Of a DNA stretch of 64,000 nt, positions 30,267-40,600 are shown piece after piece. A model generated the notes under the pieces. That model had not been told where the DNA came from. It saw only the letters and a program-made list of their open reading frames with translations, and did no database searches. The translations under genes were made by a program, and so were the position numbers. How positions within the stretch are numbered: position 1 is the stretch's first letter; every line of letters begins with the position of its first letter. This stretch comes from Phormidesmis sp. Lineage in GTDB: Bacteria > Cyanobacteriota > Cyanobacteriia > Leptolyngbyales > Leptolyngbyaceae. The stretch is taken from the NCBI GenBank assembly GCA_965248535.1, contig CBDFJR010000002.1, positions 800,001 through 864,000 of the forward strand, read 5' to 3'.

Positions 30267-31658
30267 ATGGAAGCCTTAGACAACAAAGCTCTGTTAGAAA
30301 AGCAAAACTCGACTGGAATTGCAGATCCGACTCTTGGCACTGCAAACTCTAACCTTTCGACTAGCCAATCAAAAGGCTCTCTGGTGCAAGATGCAACGTT
30401 AGAACGATCGCTCAACAACTCACTCGCAGCCGACGAGCGCGAAACTCTTCCGGCTAACCTAGATGACCACGATCACGCGCCTGTTGTTGGCACTTTTCAG
30501 TTTCACGTCGAGCTAAGTCAAGTTGCCTCTGCTAGAGGGCTTGATGTGAGCAAACTGGTGCGTGAAGATTCCTTCAAAGATAACCTTGGCGCTAAGGGCG
30601 ACTACTTGAACCCCAGAGGTGGCAACAACGTCGTGATTGGGTCGGGTGACAGTGACATTATTCGCGGCACCGGGCGCGGCTTTAACACGATCACCACGGG
30701 CACGGGCAAAGACACGATCATTCTAGGGCCCGAAACGACCAACCGAGTGCTTGACTTTGATGCTGCCAGCGATCGCTTTGTGCTATCGGGACTGAACGCC
30801 AAAAACATCATCATTGCTCAAGGCAAAAACCCCGGTAAGGGAGGACTAGACCAACCTCTTGATTCGGTCAACAATACCCTGATCATTGACAAAAAAACAG
30901 AGCACATTCTTGCATCGTTGCCGTTTGTGAAAGCATCTGATCTGTCTGAAAAGAACTTTGCTCTCAACAGCCGTGAGGCAAACAGCAGCTTGGGAGACCT
31001 CAAAGAGTTAGGCTTTAAAACTCAGCGAGGAGATGGCAAACTCACAGGCACCCAGGGGCACGATCGCTTAATCGGGGGCAGCGGTGATGACTTCCTCTAC
31101 GTGGGCAATGACGGCTTTAAGACGGGGATTGCTAAGGGCACCGGCCCGACCGAGTTTCCTTTTCCTAATGACAGCCCTGGAGTCACAGAACTCAAGACTG
31201 AGCTAAAAGACGGAGTTCTCCGCATTAATGGCACCTACAAAAACTTTGATGCTGCGCCTCTGTTTAGCCAAGGCGAAACCACCATTGATCCTAACGCTAA
31301 GATCCTCAACGGCTCAGATCCTGTGTCGTTGGTAAACAACTTCTTGAAAGTTCCCAAAGATGTTGAGGGCAACCTGCTGTCTGGCACTCACTTGCACTTC
31401 AGCCCCTCTGAAGATAGTCGCGGCAACTTTGCTGATGCAACAGTTGTTCGCTTCTTAACTAACACTCCAACTGATGCCAAGTCGGGCACGATTTCGGGTC
31501 AGTTTAACCTAACTCCAACTGAGCAAGCTGCTTTCTTGGCAGGCGATCTCTATGCCAACGTTCACACCAACATTGATCTCGATAAGGATGGTAGAGCCGG
31601 ATTCCCCACCGGAGAAAACCGCGTCAACTTCAACAAAAATGTTGTGCAGTTTGTCTAA
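30267..31658 (+). CDS. RTX-repeat protein with a C-terminal CHRD domain
   Basis: GxGxD repeats; CHRD motifs THLH...LYANVHT...FPTGENR; DLDKDG Ca-loop. RBS AGGAG. Confidence 0.82.
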   Translation: MEALDNKALLEKQNSTGIADPTLGTANSNLSTSQSKGSLVQDATLERSLNNSLAADERETLPANLDDHDHAPVVGTFQFHVELSQVASARGLDVSKLVREDSFKDNLGAKGDYLNPRGGNNVVIGSGDSDIIRGTGRGFNTITTGTGKDTIILGPETTNRVLDFDAASDRFVLSGLNAKNIIIAQGKNPGKGGLDQPLDSVNNTLIIDKKTEHILASLPFVKASDLSEKNFALNSREANSSLGDLKELGFKTQRGDGKLTGTQGHDRLIGGSGDDFLYVGNDGFKTGIAKGTGPTEFPFPNDSPGVTELKTELKDGVLRINGTYKNFDAAPLFSQGETTIDPNAKILNGSDPVSLVNNFLKVPKDVEGNLLSGTHLHFSPSEDSRGNFADATVVRFLTNTPTDAKSGTISGQFNLTPTEQAAFLAGDLYANVHTNIDLDKDGRAGFPTGENRVNFNKNVVQFV

Positions 31659-31665
31659 AATAACT

Positions 31666-31760
31666 GACCTCTTGCACCCCTGATCTCTAGGAGAACTAAT
31701 AATCTCTCAGCCCTTCAAATTCGGAGGGCTGAGGATTTCTCAAGAAGAGTGCAAGATCTC
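31666..31760. repeat. Inverted-repeat element (GACCTCTTGCAC...GTGCAAGATCTC) with an internal hairpin; possible terminator
   Basis: Terminal TCTTGCAC/GTGCAAGA and inner CTCAGCCCT/AGGGCTGAG stem just after the CHRD gene. Confidence 0.5.
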
Positions 31761-31796
31761 AGTTGATATCAGAACTCATTTTTCGTGGAGGTCACT

Positions 31797-32348
31797 ATGA
31801 GCCAGATTCAGGATATTTTGACGCTAGCGATCGCCAGCCTGCTGCTGGGCACCTCAACCGCCACTGCTCAGTATAATACTTCAAATGACGATAGCTCCTC
31901 TATGTCCCAAGTCACGACCCTGAATGGATATGAGATGAGTGCTGAGGCTCTCAATTCCAATCGGGCAACTGCTAGCGAAGATGCCTACTCCTTCACAATG
32001 ACGCTACCTCAGACGGGCAGCCACTTCGCAAAACTGTCTTTTTCGTTCACTAAGCCCGATCGAGATCACACGATCGTCCCTGTTCCTCTCGACTTAAAAG
32101 GCACTCGTGCATTTGTTGGCACCTCAACAATGGGGCAAGCGATCGGGGTCAAAGACACATGGATCGATGAAACGGGAACTGTCTGGATAGAGTTAAATTC
32201 ACCAGTTGCTGCCAAAACGACTTTGACTGTTGTGCTTAAACCGCAGAAGTTGTTGCCAGCAGGACAGTATGTTTATGGCATTGCTGCTTACCCAGACATA
32301 AAACCTGGCATTCCTGTTTTTGTGGATAGTGGCACCGTAAAAATTTAG
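31797..32348 (+). CDS. Exported DUF2808-like protein
   Basis: Signal peptide and pattern YSFTMTLP...TRAFVG...TLTVVLKP...GQYVYGIAAYP. RBS GGAGG. Confidence 0.65.
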   Translation: MSQIQDILTLAIASLLLGTSTATAQYNTSNDDSSSMSQVTTLNGYEMSAEALNSNRATASEDAYSFTMTLPQTGSHFAKLSFSFTKPDRDHTIVPVPLDLKGTRAFVGTSTMGQAIGVKDTWIDETGTVWIELNSPVAAKTTLTVVLKPQKLLPAGQYVYGIAAYPDIKPGIPVFVDSGTVKI

Positions 32349-32387
32349 AGTTATGGATTCAACACCCTGTCAATCATTGACTGGTTG

Positions 32388-32418
32388 CTGACCCGTACTA
32401 TGACTACACGTCTTGACT
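32388..32418 (+). promoter_or_regulatory. Candidate MerR-type promoter (19-bp spacer with dyad GAC-N2-GTA-N7-TAC-N2-GTC)
   Basis: CTGACC-N19-TTGACT with dyad symmetry across the spacer. Both hexamers are imperfect. Confidence 0.4.
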
Positions 32419-32451
32419 GTCTTATTCCAACCGCTTGAGCGGGAGTTTACC

Positions 32452-32925
32452 ATGCATAAAATTTCACAGATTTTCACCACAACCCTGATCGGGGCGGCGC
32501 TTTCACCATTGATCTCAGTGTTGCCGTTAAATGCTCATCAACACAAGATGACTGCTTCTAAGAACGTCGGAGCCATGATTCATCTTGAGCCAAATGATTC
32601 GCCTGCGGCCGGAAAAGCCACAACAACCTGGTTTATGTTGACACAGCGCGGCGGAGCAGTGATCGCTCCTGCAAACTGCGATTGTCGAGTAGTTGCTTAC
32701 GACTCTGGCAAGAAAGCAACTAGCAAGGCAAAGTCATCATGGAGCGCCGAGCGCCTACCGCTTTCAACCATAGCCATGGAAGGACACCAAACAGGGCATC
32801 AGGGAATTCAGACCACCATTACGTTTCCGAAGGCTGGCGCTTATTGGGTCGTGTTGTCTGGCAAATCAAAAGATGGCAGTTTTGACCCCTTTGAGTTGAA
32901 GTTTCCGGTCACTGTTCGTCCCTAA
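32452..32925 (+). CDS. Exported His/Cys-containing protein, putatively metal-binding
   Basis: Signal peptide followed by AHQHK, IHLEPNDSP, CDC and ITFPKAGAY. RBS GGGAG precedes ATG 32452. Confidence 0.65.
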   Translation: MHKISQIFTTTLIGAALSPLISVLPLNAHQHKMTASKNVGAMIHLEPNDSPAAGKATTTWFMLTQRGGAVIAPANCDCRVVAYDSGKKATSKAKSSWSAERLPLSTIAMEGHQTGHQGIQTTITFPKAGAYWVVLSGKSKDGSFDPFELKFPVTVRP

Positions 32926-32957
32926 TCACCTAATTTTCTCCTTACCAAGAGATTGAT

Positions 32958-33062
32958 ATGGCTAAACTGCGTTCTCGATCGCTACAGTCTTTGGCGCTGG
33001 CTCCTGTCTTAGGGGTCGCCATGTATTTAATCTGCACTGTTCATTGTGCAATGCCTCATTAA
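32958..33062 (+). CDS. Small 34-aa membrane peptide MAKLRSRSLQSLALAPVLGVAMYLICTVHCAMPH (not in the ORF track)
   Basis: Translated by hand. AAGAG lies upstream; basic N-terminus, hydrophobic helix, Cys/His tail; co-oriented between two genes. Confidence 0.45.
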   Translation: MAKLRSRSLQSLALAPVLGVAMYLICTVHCAMPH

Positions 33063-33119
33063 GCCTAATTAATCAGGGGCATCACCACTTTGATTTTTGT
33101 TTCTCAAAGGTGGTGAGTT

Positions 33120-33530
33120 ATGACGGTGTTGTCTGAACGAAACGAGCAAAACACTGCAACAATAGTGCCTGTCCAACCTTCGCGAGAGCGAGTCAGACAA
33201 GAGTTGGGGCAAAAGATTCATGCCGCACTCCAGGCTGCTAAAAATCTGTCTCGCGAAGAGGCTTTGACAGCAATCAAAACCAGTCTTCTAGCTATTCAAA
33301 TTGAGTGTCGAACGATCGGCAAGTCTTTCATTTTTATCGAAGAAAGAGTGACCTGTAGCCAGTATGGGTTAAAAGGACGCATTCAAGACAGTGCGACTGT
33401 GTTTAGAGGCCCTAGTGAGAATGCTTCTGTTGCAATTTGTGTCACTGATCGAGGGTCGCTGCTGCATCGTAACGGCGATCGCTGGCAGATCTATAAAGAC
33501 GTTGGAGATGTAAATCCTGTAATTATCTGA
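33120..33530 (+). CDS. Hypothetical protein, 136 aa
   Basis: ATG start after GGTGAG. No family recognised. Confidence 0.65.
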   Translation: MTVLSERNEQNTATIVPVQPSRERVRQELGQKIHAALQAAKNLSREEALTAIKTSLLAIQIECRTIGKSFIFIEERVTCSQYGLKGRIQDSATVFRGPSENASVAICVTDRGSLLHRNGDRWQIYKDVGDVNPVII

Positions 33531-33575
33531 TCTGCACAGCAAAAAATATTGCAACAGAAAGCATTCTTTAATCAG

Positions 33576-34367
33576 CTAGAGCGTCAAGTTATCGGCATAG
33601 ACGAGCCGCGTTGCCGATCGCAACTCAAACAGCATATATTCCTCCATCACACTCCAGAAAAAAGCCCGCAGCGTTTTCTGTCGCATCGCCTCTGGAATGG
33701 TGTATTCAAAAGCTGAATCACAAGACTTGAGCTTTGCCAAATGGTTTTCACACCCACACTCATGCTCTAGAAAGTAACCATAGCGACTCGATATACTGTC
33801 AATCAACCGCCGAAATGGGGACACATAGCCGCCGTGCAAAATGGCATCAAACTTGCGGGCGACCCCTAGATCTTGTTCACTAAAGCGAAACGATCGCACT
33901 TCAAACAAATCTTGACGCTGCAACGGGTTTAGAAATGTCCAGTAAAAAGTAGCCGGGACATCATACCCAAGTTCGTCAAACAAATCGCTAACAATGTTGA
34001 TGAGAGCAATCCGCTCTTCTTGCTGGTCACTGGCGGGCAACTCACTCCGAATCTGCTGCAAATCTGGATAGTTCTCTGGCAAAAAGGCTTCCCCATAGTG
34101 AGCCACAGCTTCCCACGCTAATAGGCTGCTTCCTTCGCGGTAAGCTTCTTTGAGATGGGCAGTGTCTGGGCGTTCTGCGAACAGAATGTGTCCCTGTTGA
34201 TTTTTTGCTAAGAAGACCTGCGCCAGTGCCGTATATACACGCGGCTCTGTCATCCAGGTTCCTTCTCGAATGCGCTGCCAGCTTTCTGGCATAGACGCGA
34301 TCGCGATCGCAGGTTCACCGTTAATCGTGGTTAAGCTCGAACTAGATGGAATTGTTGACGATCGCAT
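33576..34367 (-). CDS. Hypothetical protein, 263 aa, with an EHECGCENH motif
   Basis: RBS AAGGAG upstream; Cys/His cluster. Confidence 0.7.
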   Translation of the reverse strand: MRSSTIPSSSSLTTINGEPAIAIASMPESWQRIREGTWMTEPRVYTALAQVFLAKNQQGHILFAERPDTAHLKEAYREGSSLLAWEAVAHYGEAFLPENYPDLQQIRSELPASDQQEERIALINIVSDLFDELGYDVPATFYWTFLNPLQRQDLFEVRSFRFSEQDLGVARKFDAILHGGYVSPFRRLIDSISSRYGYFLEHECGCENHLAKLKSCDSAFEYTIPEAMRQKTLRAFFWSVMEEYMLFELRSATRLVYADNLTL

Positions 34368-34667
34368 GACTGGTTTCTCCTTTCGGTAGATCTGTCTTTG
34401 AGTGAGAAGGGTTGAATGGCTTGTTCACTTCGGCTCTCTCTGTTTGACCTAAACATTTAGGCTATTGACTAAAATACACTGAAGTGGACTGAAAAGCTGA
34501 CCAAGTTTAACGTTTAACCCTCTGAAACGGTTTAGGCAACTCGTTTCTTGCTCAAATTTCTGCATTAGCTCTTCATCGCTAGGGCTAATTTTTCTGCTGT
34601 TAGCCCCAATTCCCTAAGGGGCACTCTAGCAGGGAAACTTAATTTGTTACACAGGTTGTGTGGTTTT

Positions 34668-37600
34668 ATGCCTACGTGCAGCCCGATCGCCCCTCTCGGC
34701 TACCAAATCACTGATCAACTCTATGCAGGCTCTCGCACACTCGTTCACCGGGCAGTTCGTGAAGTAGACCAACAACCTGTGGTCATCAAACGCTTAAGAA
34801 ATGAATGCCCCAGCTTTAATGAACTGGTGCAGTTTCGCAATCAATACACCATTGCCAAAAATCTAGACAGTCCGGGGATTGTCAAACCCTGTAGCCTAGA
34901 ACCCTGTGGCAGTGGTTATGCCCTAGTGATGAATGACTTTGGCGGAGTTTCGCTCTCCACTTATGTCAGAGAGCAGACAAACAATAGCAATTCTCGCGGG
35001 CTGCCCCTGGCTGATTTTTTGGCGATCGCGCTGCAACTGTGCGACATTCTCCACGAGCTCTATCAGCAGCGAGTGATTCACAAAGATATCAAACCTGACA
35101 ACATTCTGATCCACTCAGCAACTAAGCAAATTAAACTCATTGACTTTAGCATTGCCTCGTTGTTGCCTAAAGAAACCCCAGAGATCCAAAGTCCAACCGT
35201 TTTAGAAGGAACTCTGGCTTATCTGTCTCCTGAGCAGACCGGGCGCATGAATCGGGGCATTGACTACCGCAGCGACTTTTATTCACTAGGGGTGACCTTC
35301 TACGAACTGTTAACGGGGCAACTCCCCTTTTTGAGCAGCGATCCCCTAGAGCTAATCCACTGTCACATTGCCCAGCATCCTGTCGCTGTTGACCAGATTA
35401 ACCCTGAGATTGCCTCTGCGCTGTCTGCCATTGTCAACAAGCTAATGGCAAAAAATGCTGAAGACCGCTACCAAACTACCTTTGGACTCAAGCACGACCT
35501 GACACGCTGCGGGGAACAATGGCAGCAAACAGGCACGATAGAATTCTTTGACATTGGGCAACGGGATATCTGCGATCGCTTCCTTATCCCCGAAGTGCTC
35601 TACGGGCGTGAGTCAGAGGTGCAGCGGCTGTTAGATGCCTTTGAGCGCGTCAGTCAGGGCAACACCGAAGTCTTGCTGGTGGCAGGCTTTTCGGGGGTTG
35701 GCAAAACGGCTGTTGTCAACGAAGTCCACAAACCCCTGGCCAAAGGCACAGGTCACGCCACCGTGCGCCAGCGTGGTTATTTCATCAAAGGCAAGTTTGA
35801 TCAGTTTCAGCGCAATATCCCTCTGTCGGCGTTTGTGCAGGCTTTTCGAGATCTAGTAGGGCAACTGTTGAGCGAATCTGACGCGCAGTTAGAGCAGTGG
35901 AAAACCAGCATCCTGGCAGCATTAGGCGAAAATGCTCAAGTGATCATAGAGGTGATTCCTGAACTAGAATGCGTTATCGGGTTGCAGCCCCCTGCCCCTG
36001 AGTTGTCTGGGAGTGCGGCTCAAAACCGCTTCGATCGCCTGTTCCAGCAGTTCATTCAAGTGTTTACCACCCCTGCTCACCCGTTGGTGATTTTTATTGA
36101 TGACTTGCAGTGGGCAGATGCCGCCTCACTTAACCTGATGCGATCGCTGATGAGTGAGACAGCCACCCGTTATCTCTTGTTCATCGGAGCCTATCGAGAT
36201 AACGAAGTCACCGGGGCACACCCGCTGATGTTGAGTCTAGCTGAGATGCAGCAGTCAGGGGCAACAGTCACCACCCTAACGCTTGCGCCGCTGCCCCTAG
36301 GGTCTGTCAATCAGTTAGTAGCAGATACCTTAAGCTGTTCGTTAACGCTGGCGCTGCCTCTAACCACGTTGATTGTGGAAAAAACTGGCGGCAATCCGTT
36401 TTTCACGACTCAGTTTCTCAAGGCGTTATATGACGATCGCCTGCTCACGTTTAATAGCAACGAGAACTATTGGGAGTGTGAGATTGTTCAAGTCAGAGCG
36501 CTCACCCTCACCGATGATGTGGTGACCTTTATGGCAACGCAGTTGCAAAAGCTGCCGACTCTGACGCAAGCTGTTCTCAAACTAGCCGCCTGCATGGGCA
36601 ATCAGTTTGACTTGAGCACGCTGGCGATCGTGGCCCAGCAGCCAGAAGCCGAAATCGCTGCAAACCTCTGGAAGGCTCTGCAAGAAGGCTTAGTAATTCC
36701 CCAAAGCACCGTTTATAAGTTTTTTAGCAACTCATTAGAGATCGATGATTTGTGGCCCAATTCAGTAGATAACTTTTCTGTCACCTACCGATTTTTGCAC
36801 GATCGGGTTCAGCAAGCCGCCTATTCTCTGATTCCAGATGACCAAAAACAAGCCACCCACCTAAAAATAGGGCACTTGCTGCGGCAAGAAAGCAGTGAAA
36901 TTCAACGTCAAGAACGAATTTTTGAGATTGTCGGTCATTTCAACTTGGCGCGGGGGCTGATCTGCGATCGCGCAGCCCACTATGAATTAGCCGCGCTGAA
37001 CCTGCAAGCGGGGAGAACTGCCAAAGCGTCTGCTGCTTTTGAGTCGGCACTAATGTTTGTCAATCTCGGCATTCACAGCTTACCCGCCGATAGCTGGCAA
37101 GAACACCCCACTCTAACGTTAGCCCTGCACAATTTAGCAGCCGAAGCCGCCTATTTGTGCAGCCAGTTTGAGCGAATGGAACAGTTAGTAGCGGCGATTT
37201 TGCAGGAGACAACTCAACTGCTCGATCAAGTCAGTGCTTATGAAATTCAGATTCTTGCTTATCTAGCTCAAAGTCAACCCCAGTCTGCTATTGATGTTGC
37301 CCTTGAGGTGCTTCAACAGTTTGACATTCGGTTGCCCAAAACCCCGACTCAGCTTCAAGTATTGTTGGGTCTAGCTAAAACCAAGTTAGTGCTCGGCAAC
37401 AAAAAACCGGGCCAGTTGATCAATCTCCCCACAATGACCGATGCCAACGCCTTAGCCGCGATGCGAATTCTGTCGAGCGCGGCTTCTGCGGCCTATATTT
37501 GTGCTCCGCAGTTGATGCCACTGTTAGTGTTTGAGCGGATTAATTTATCCGTTCGCTATGGCAACACTGCCCTATCGTCGTTTGCCTATGCTTGGTATGG

Positions 37601-40600
37601 ACTGATTCTCTGCGGCATCGTGGTCGATATCGAAACAGGCTACCAGTTTGGGCAACTGGCGCTGCAATTGTTAGAGCGGCTTAACAGCACAGATCTAAGA
37701 GCCAAAACGCTATTTACGACGCATACCTTTATCAGTCATTGGCGCGATCGCGTCGCAGACACCATGCCCGCCCTGTTAACTGCCTACCAGAGCGGTTTAG
37801 ACTCAGGAGATGTAGAATATGCTGCCTGGTCAGCTTTAGTAGATTCTTATAATCGCTATTGGACGGGGCAACCCTTGACGGAATCGGAAGCGGCCATGCG
37901 ATCTTTCATCACCACGATCGCGCCCTTCAACCAAAAAAATGCCTCGCTCTACCTTCAGATTTACCATCAAGCTACCTTAAATCTTTTGGGTGAGTCTAGC
38001 GACCCAGGCTGCCTGTCTGGCGAGAGCTATCAGGTTGCTCAAGAGATTCCGGCTCAGGTGCTAGCCAACGATCGGACAGGGTTATTTTTTAGCTATGTTT
38101 GTCAACAGCATCTTCACTATTTGTTCGGGCAATATGCCGAATCTGTTGAGAAGTCAAACCTGGCTAGACCTTATTTTGATAACTGCATTTCTTCGCTGCC
38201 CACCGTTCTACACTATTTTTACGATTCTCTGGCTCGATTGGCTCTTTATGAGACGGCCACCTCTTCGGAACGCAAACAGATTCTCAAGTGTCTTCAAACA
38301 AACCAGAAAAAGCTGAAGAAATGGGCGCACTATGCCCCGACGAACTATCAGCACAAGGTTCTGTTAGTCGAAGCAGAACAGTGCCGGATTTTAGGACAAA
38401 AAGCGGAGGCAATCGATCGGTATGATCAGGCGATCGCGCTAGCCAAACAACACAACTACCTCAACGAAGCAGCGCTAGCTAACGAACTCGCGGCCCGCTT
38501 CTATCTAGACTGGGGCAAAGAGCGCCTCGCACAAGATTATTTGATCGATGCCTACTATGACTATGCTCGTTGGGGAGCCAAAGCCAAAGTCAAAGACCTA
38601 GAACAGCAATACTCGCAGCTTTTGACCGCTATTCTACAACCCGAAAAGCCGTCTCTCAGCGCCAAGGCCCCGATCACGTCCGGTTGGGTTTCTTCTCATT
38701 CCAACCACTTGTTATCGACCTCTAGCCGAGTCTTGGCCGCGCTGGATTTAGAAACAATTCTCAAAGCCTCTCAGTCTCTTTCGAGCGAGATCGAGTTAGA
38801 AACGCTGTTGTCTACTTGGTTGGCGATCGTGCTAGAAAATGCAGGAGCCGATGCCTGTACCCTGCTGTTGCTCAAAGCAGATCAATTGTTTGTTGAAGCA
38901 ACAGCAGCGATTGATCAGCCGTCAGTGGTGCTGCAAGCGTTGCCTTTAGCAGAGAGCCAGACGGTGCCGATCTCCCTGATCAACACCGTTAAACACAGTC
39001 TCAAACCTGTTGTCATTGCCAACACCGCCCAACATGAGGGGCTGATGGCTGACCCCTATATTCTGCGGCAGCAGCCCAAAAGTGTGCTGTGTACACCGAT
39101 TGTGCATCAGGGCAACCTGTTGGGCATTTTGTATTTAGAAAACAATCTCACCTTGGGAGCCTTTAGTAGCGATCGGGTTAAACTCCTCAACTTGCTGTGT
39201 GCCCAAGCCGCCATTTCTCTTGAAAATGCCCGTCTCTATCAAGAATCACAACAGTCGCTGTCAGCCCTCAGCACGATTAGTGCTCGATTTCAAAGAATGA
39301 CGGAAAACCTTCCGGGCATTGTCTATCAGTTTCGGTTGACTCCCGATGGGTCTGCCTCAACGCCTTACATGAGTCCGGCGAGTCTGACGTTGCTTGAGGT
39401 CTCACCCGAAGACTTCATGACGGGCACACAAGATTTTCGAGCGATGGAACACCCCGACGATCGTCCCGGCATCGAACGAGTAGCAGCACAGTCTGCTCAG
39501 ACGCTCATGCCGTTTGAACACCTCTCTCGCTATATCACGCCGTCTGGGACGATGAAATGGATACAATCTTTCGCCCGACCCGAACAGCAACCCGATGGCT
39601 CAATTTTATGGGATGGACTGAAGATAGACGTGACGGCCCGTGTGCAAGCAGAATGCCAGTTGCAAGAGTCGCAGCAATTGTTGCAACTGGTGTTAGATAC
39701 TATTCCTCACAGAGTGTTTTGGAAAGATCTAAACCGAGTCTATCAGGGCTGTAATTCTTCGTTTGCTGAGGTTGCAGGGGTTGGTTTACCGATCAACATT
39801 GTTGGCAAGTCAGACCACGATCTTGCCTGGACACCCGAAACAGCAGATTGTTTTCGTGAGTGCGATCGCCGAGTGATGAACTCAAACACGCCCGAACTCA
39901 ATGTTGTGGAATCCCAGATTCAAGTCAATGGCATCCCCGTCTGGCTAGAGACCAGCAAACTGCCCCTCCATGACGCAGATGGCAAGGTTATGGGTCTGCT
40001 GGGAGTCTATCAAAACATCACCGATCGCAAACACGCCGAAACTCAATTGAACCAGCGAACCGCAGAGTTAGAGCAAACGCTGCAAGAACTTCAGCACACA
40101 CAGATGCAAATGGTGCAGTCAGAAAAGATGTCGGGTCTGGGTCAATTAGTGGCCGGGGTTGCCCATGAAATCAACAATCCAGTCAATTTTATCTATGGCA
40201 ATCTCAACCATGCCGATAACTATCTCCAAGATTTGTTAATGCTTTTAAACCTCTACCAGCAGCATTATTCCACGCCCCATGCAGATATTCAGCGCGCTAT
40301 AGAAGCGATCGATCTAGAATTTTTAACTGAAGATTTACAGAAACTGTTGACCTCTATGAAAGTTGGGGCAGACCGCATTCAAAAAATTGTGGCATCGCTG
40401 CGAAACTTTTCGCGCATGGACGAAGCAGCTATTAAAGAAGTCGATATTCACGAAGGTATTGAGAGCACGCTGATGATTTTGCAACATCGGCTCAGAGATC
40501 GGGTCAACACTCCTAATATTGAGATCGTCAGAGCCTTTGGAGAGTTGCCGCTGATCGAGTGCTATGCCGGGCAACTCAACCAAGTGTTTATGAATCTCTT

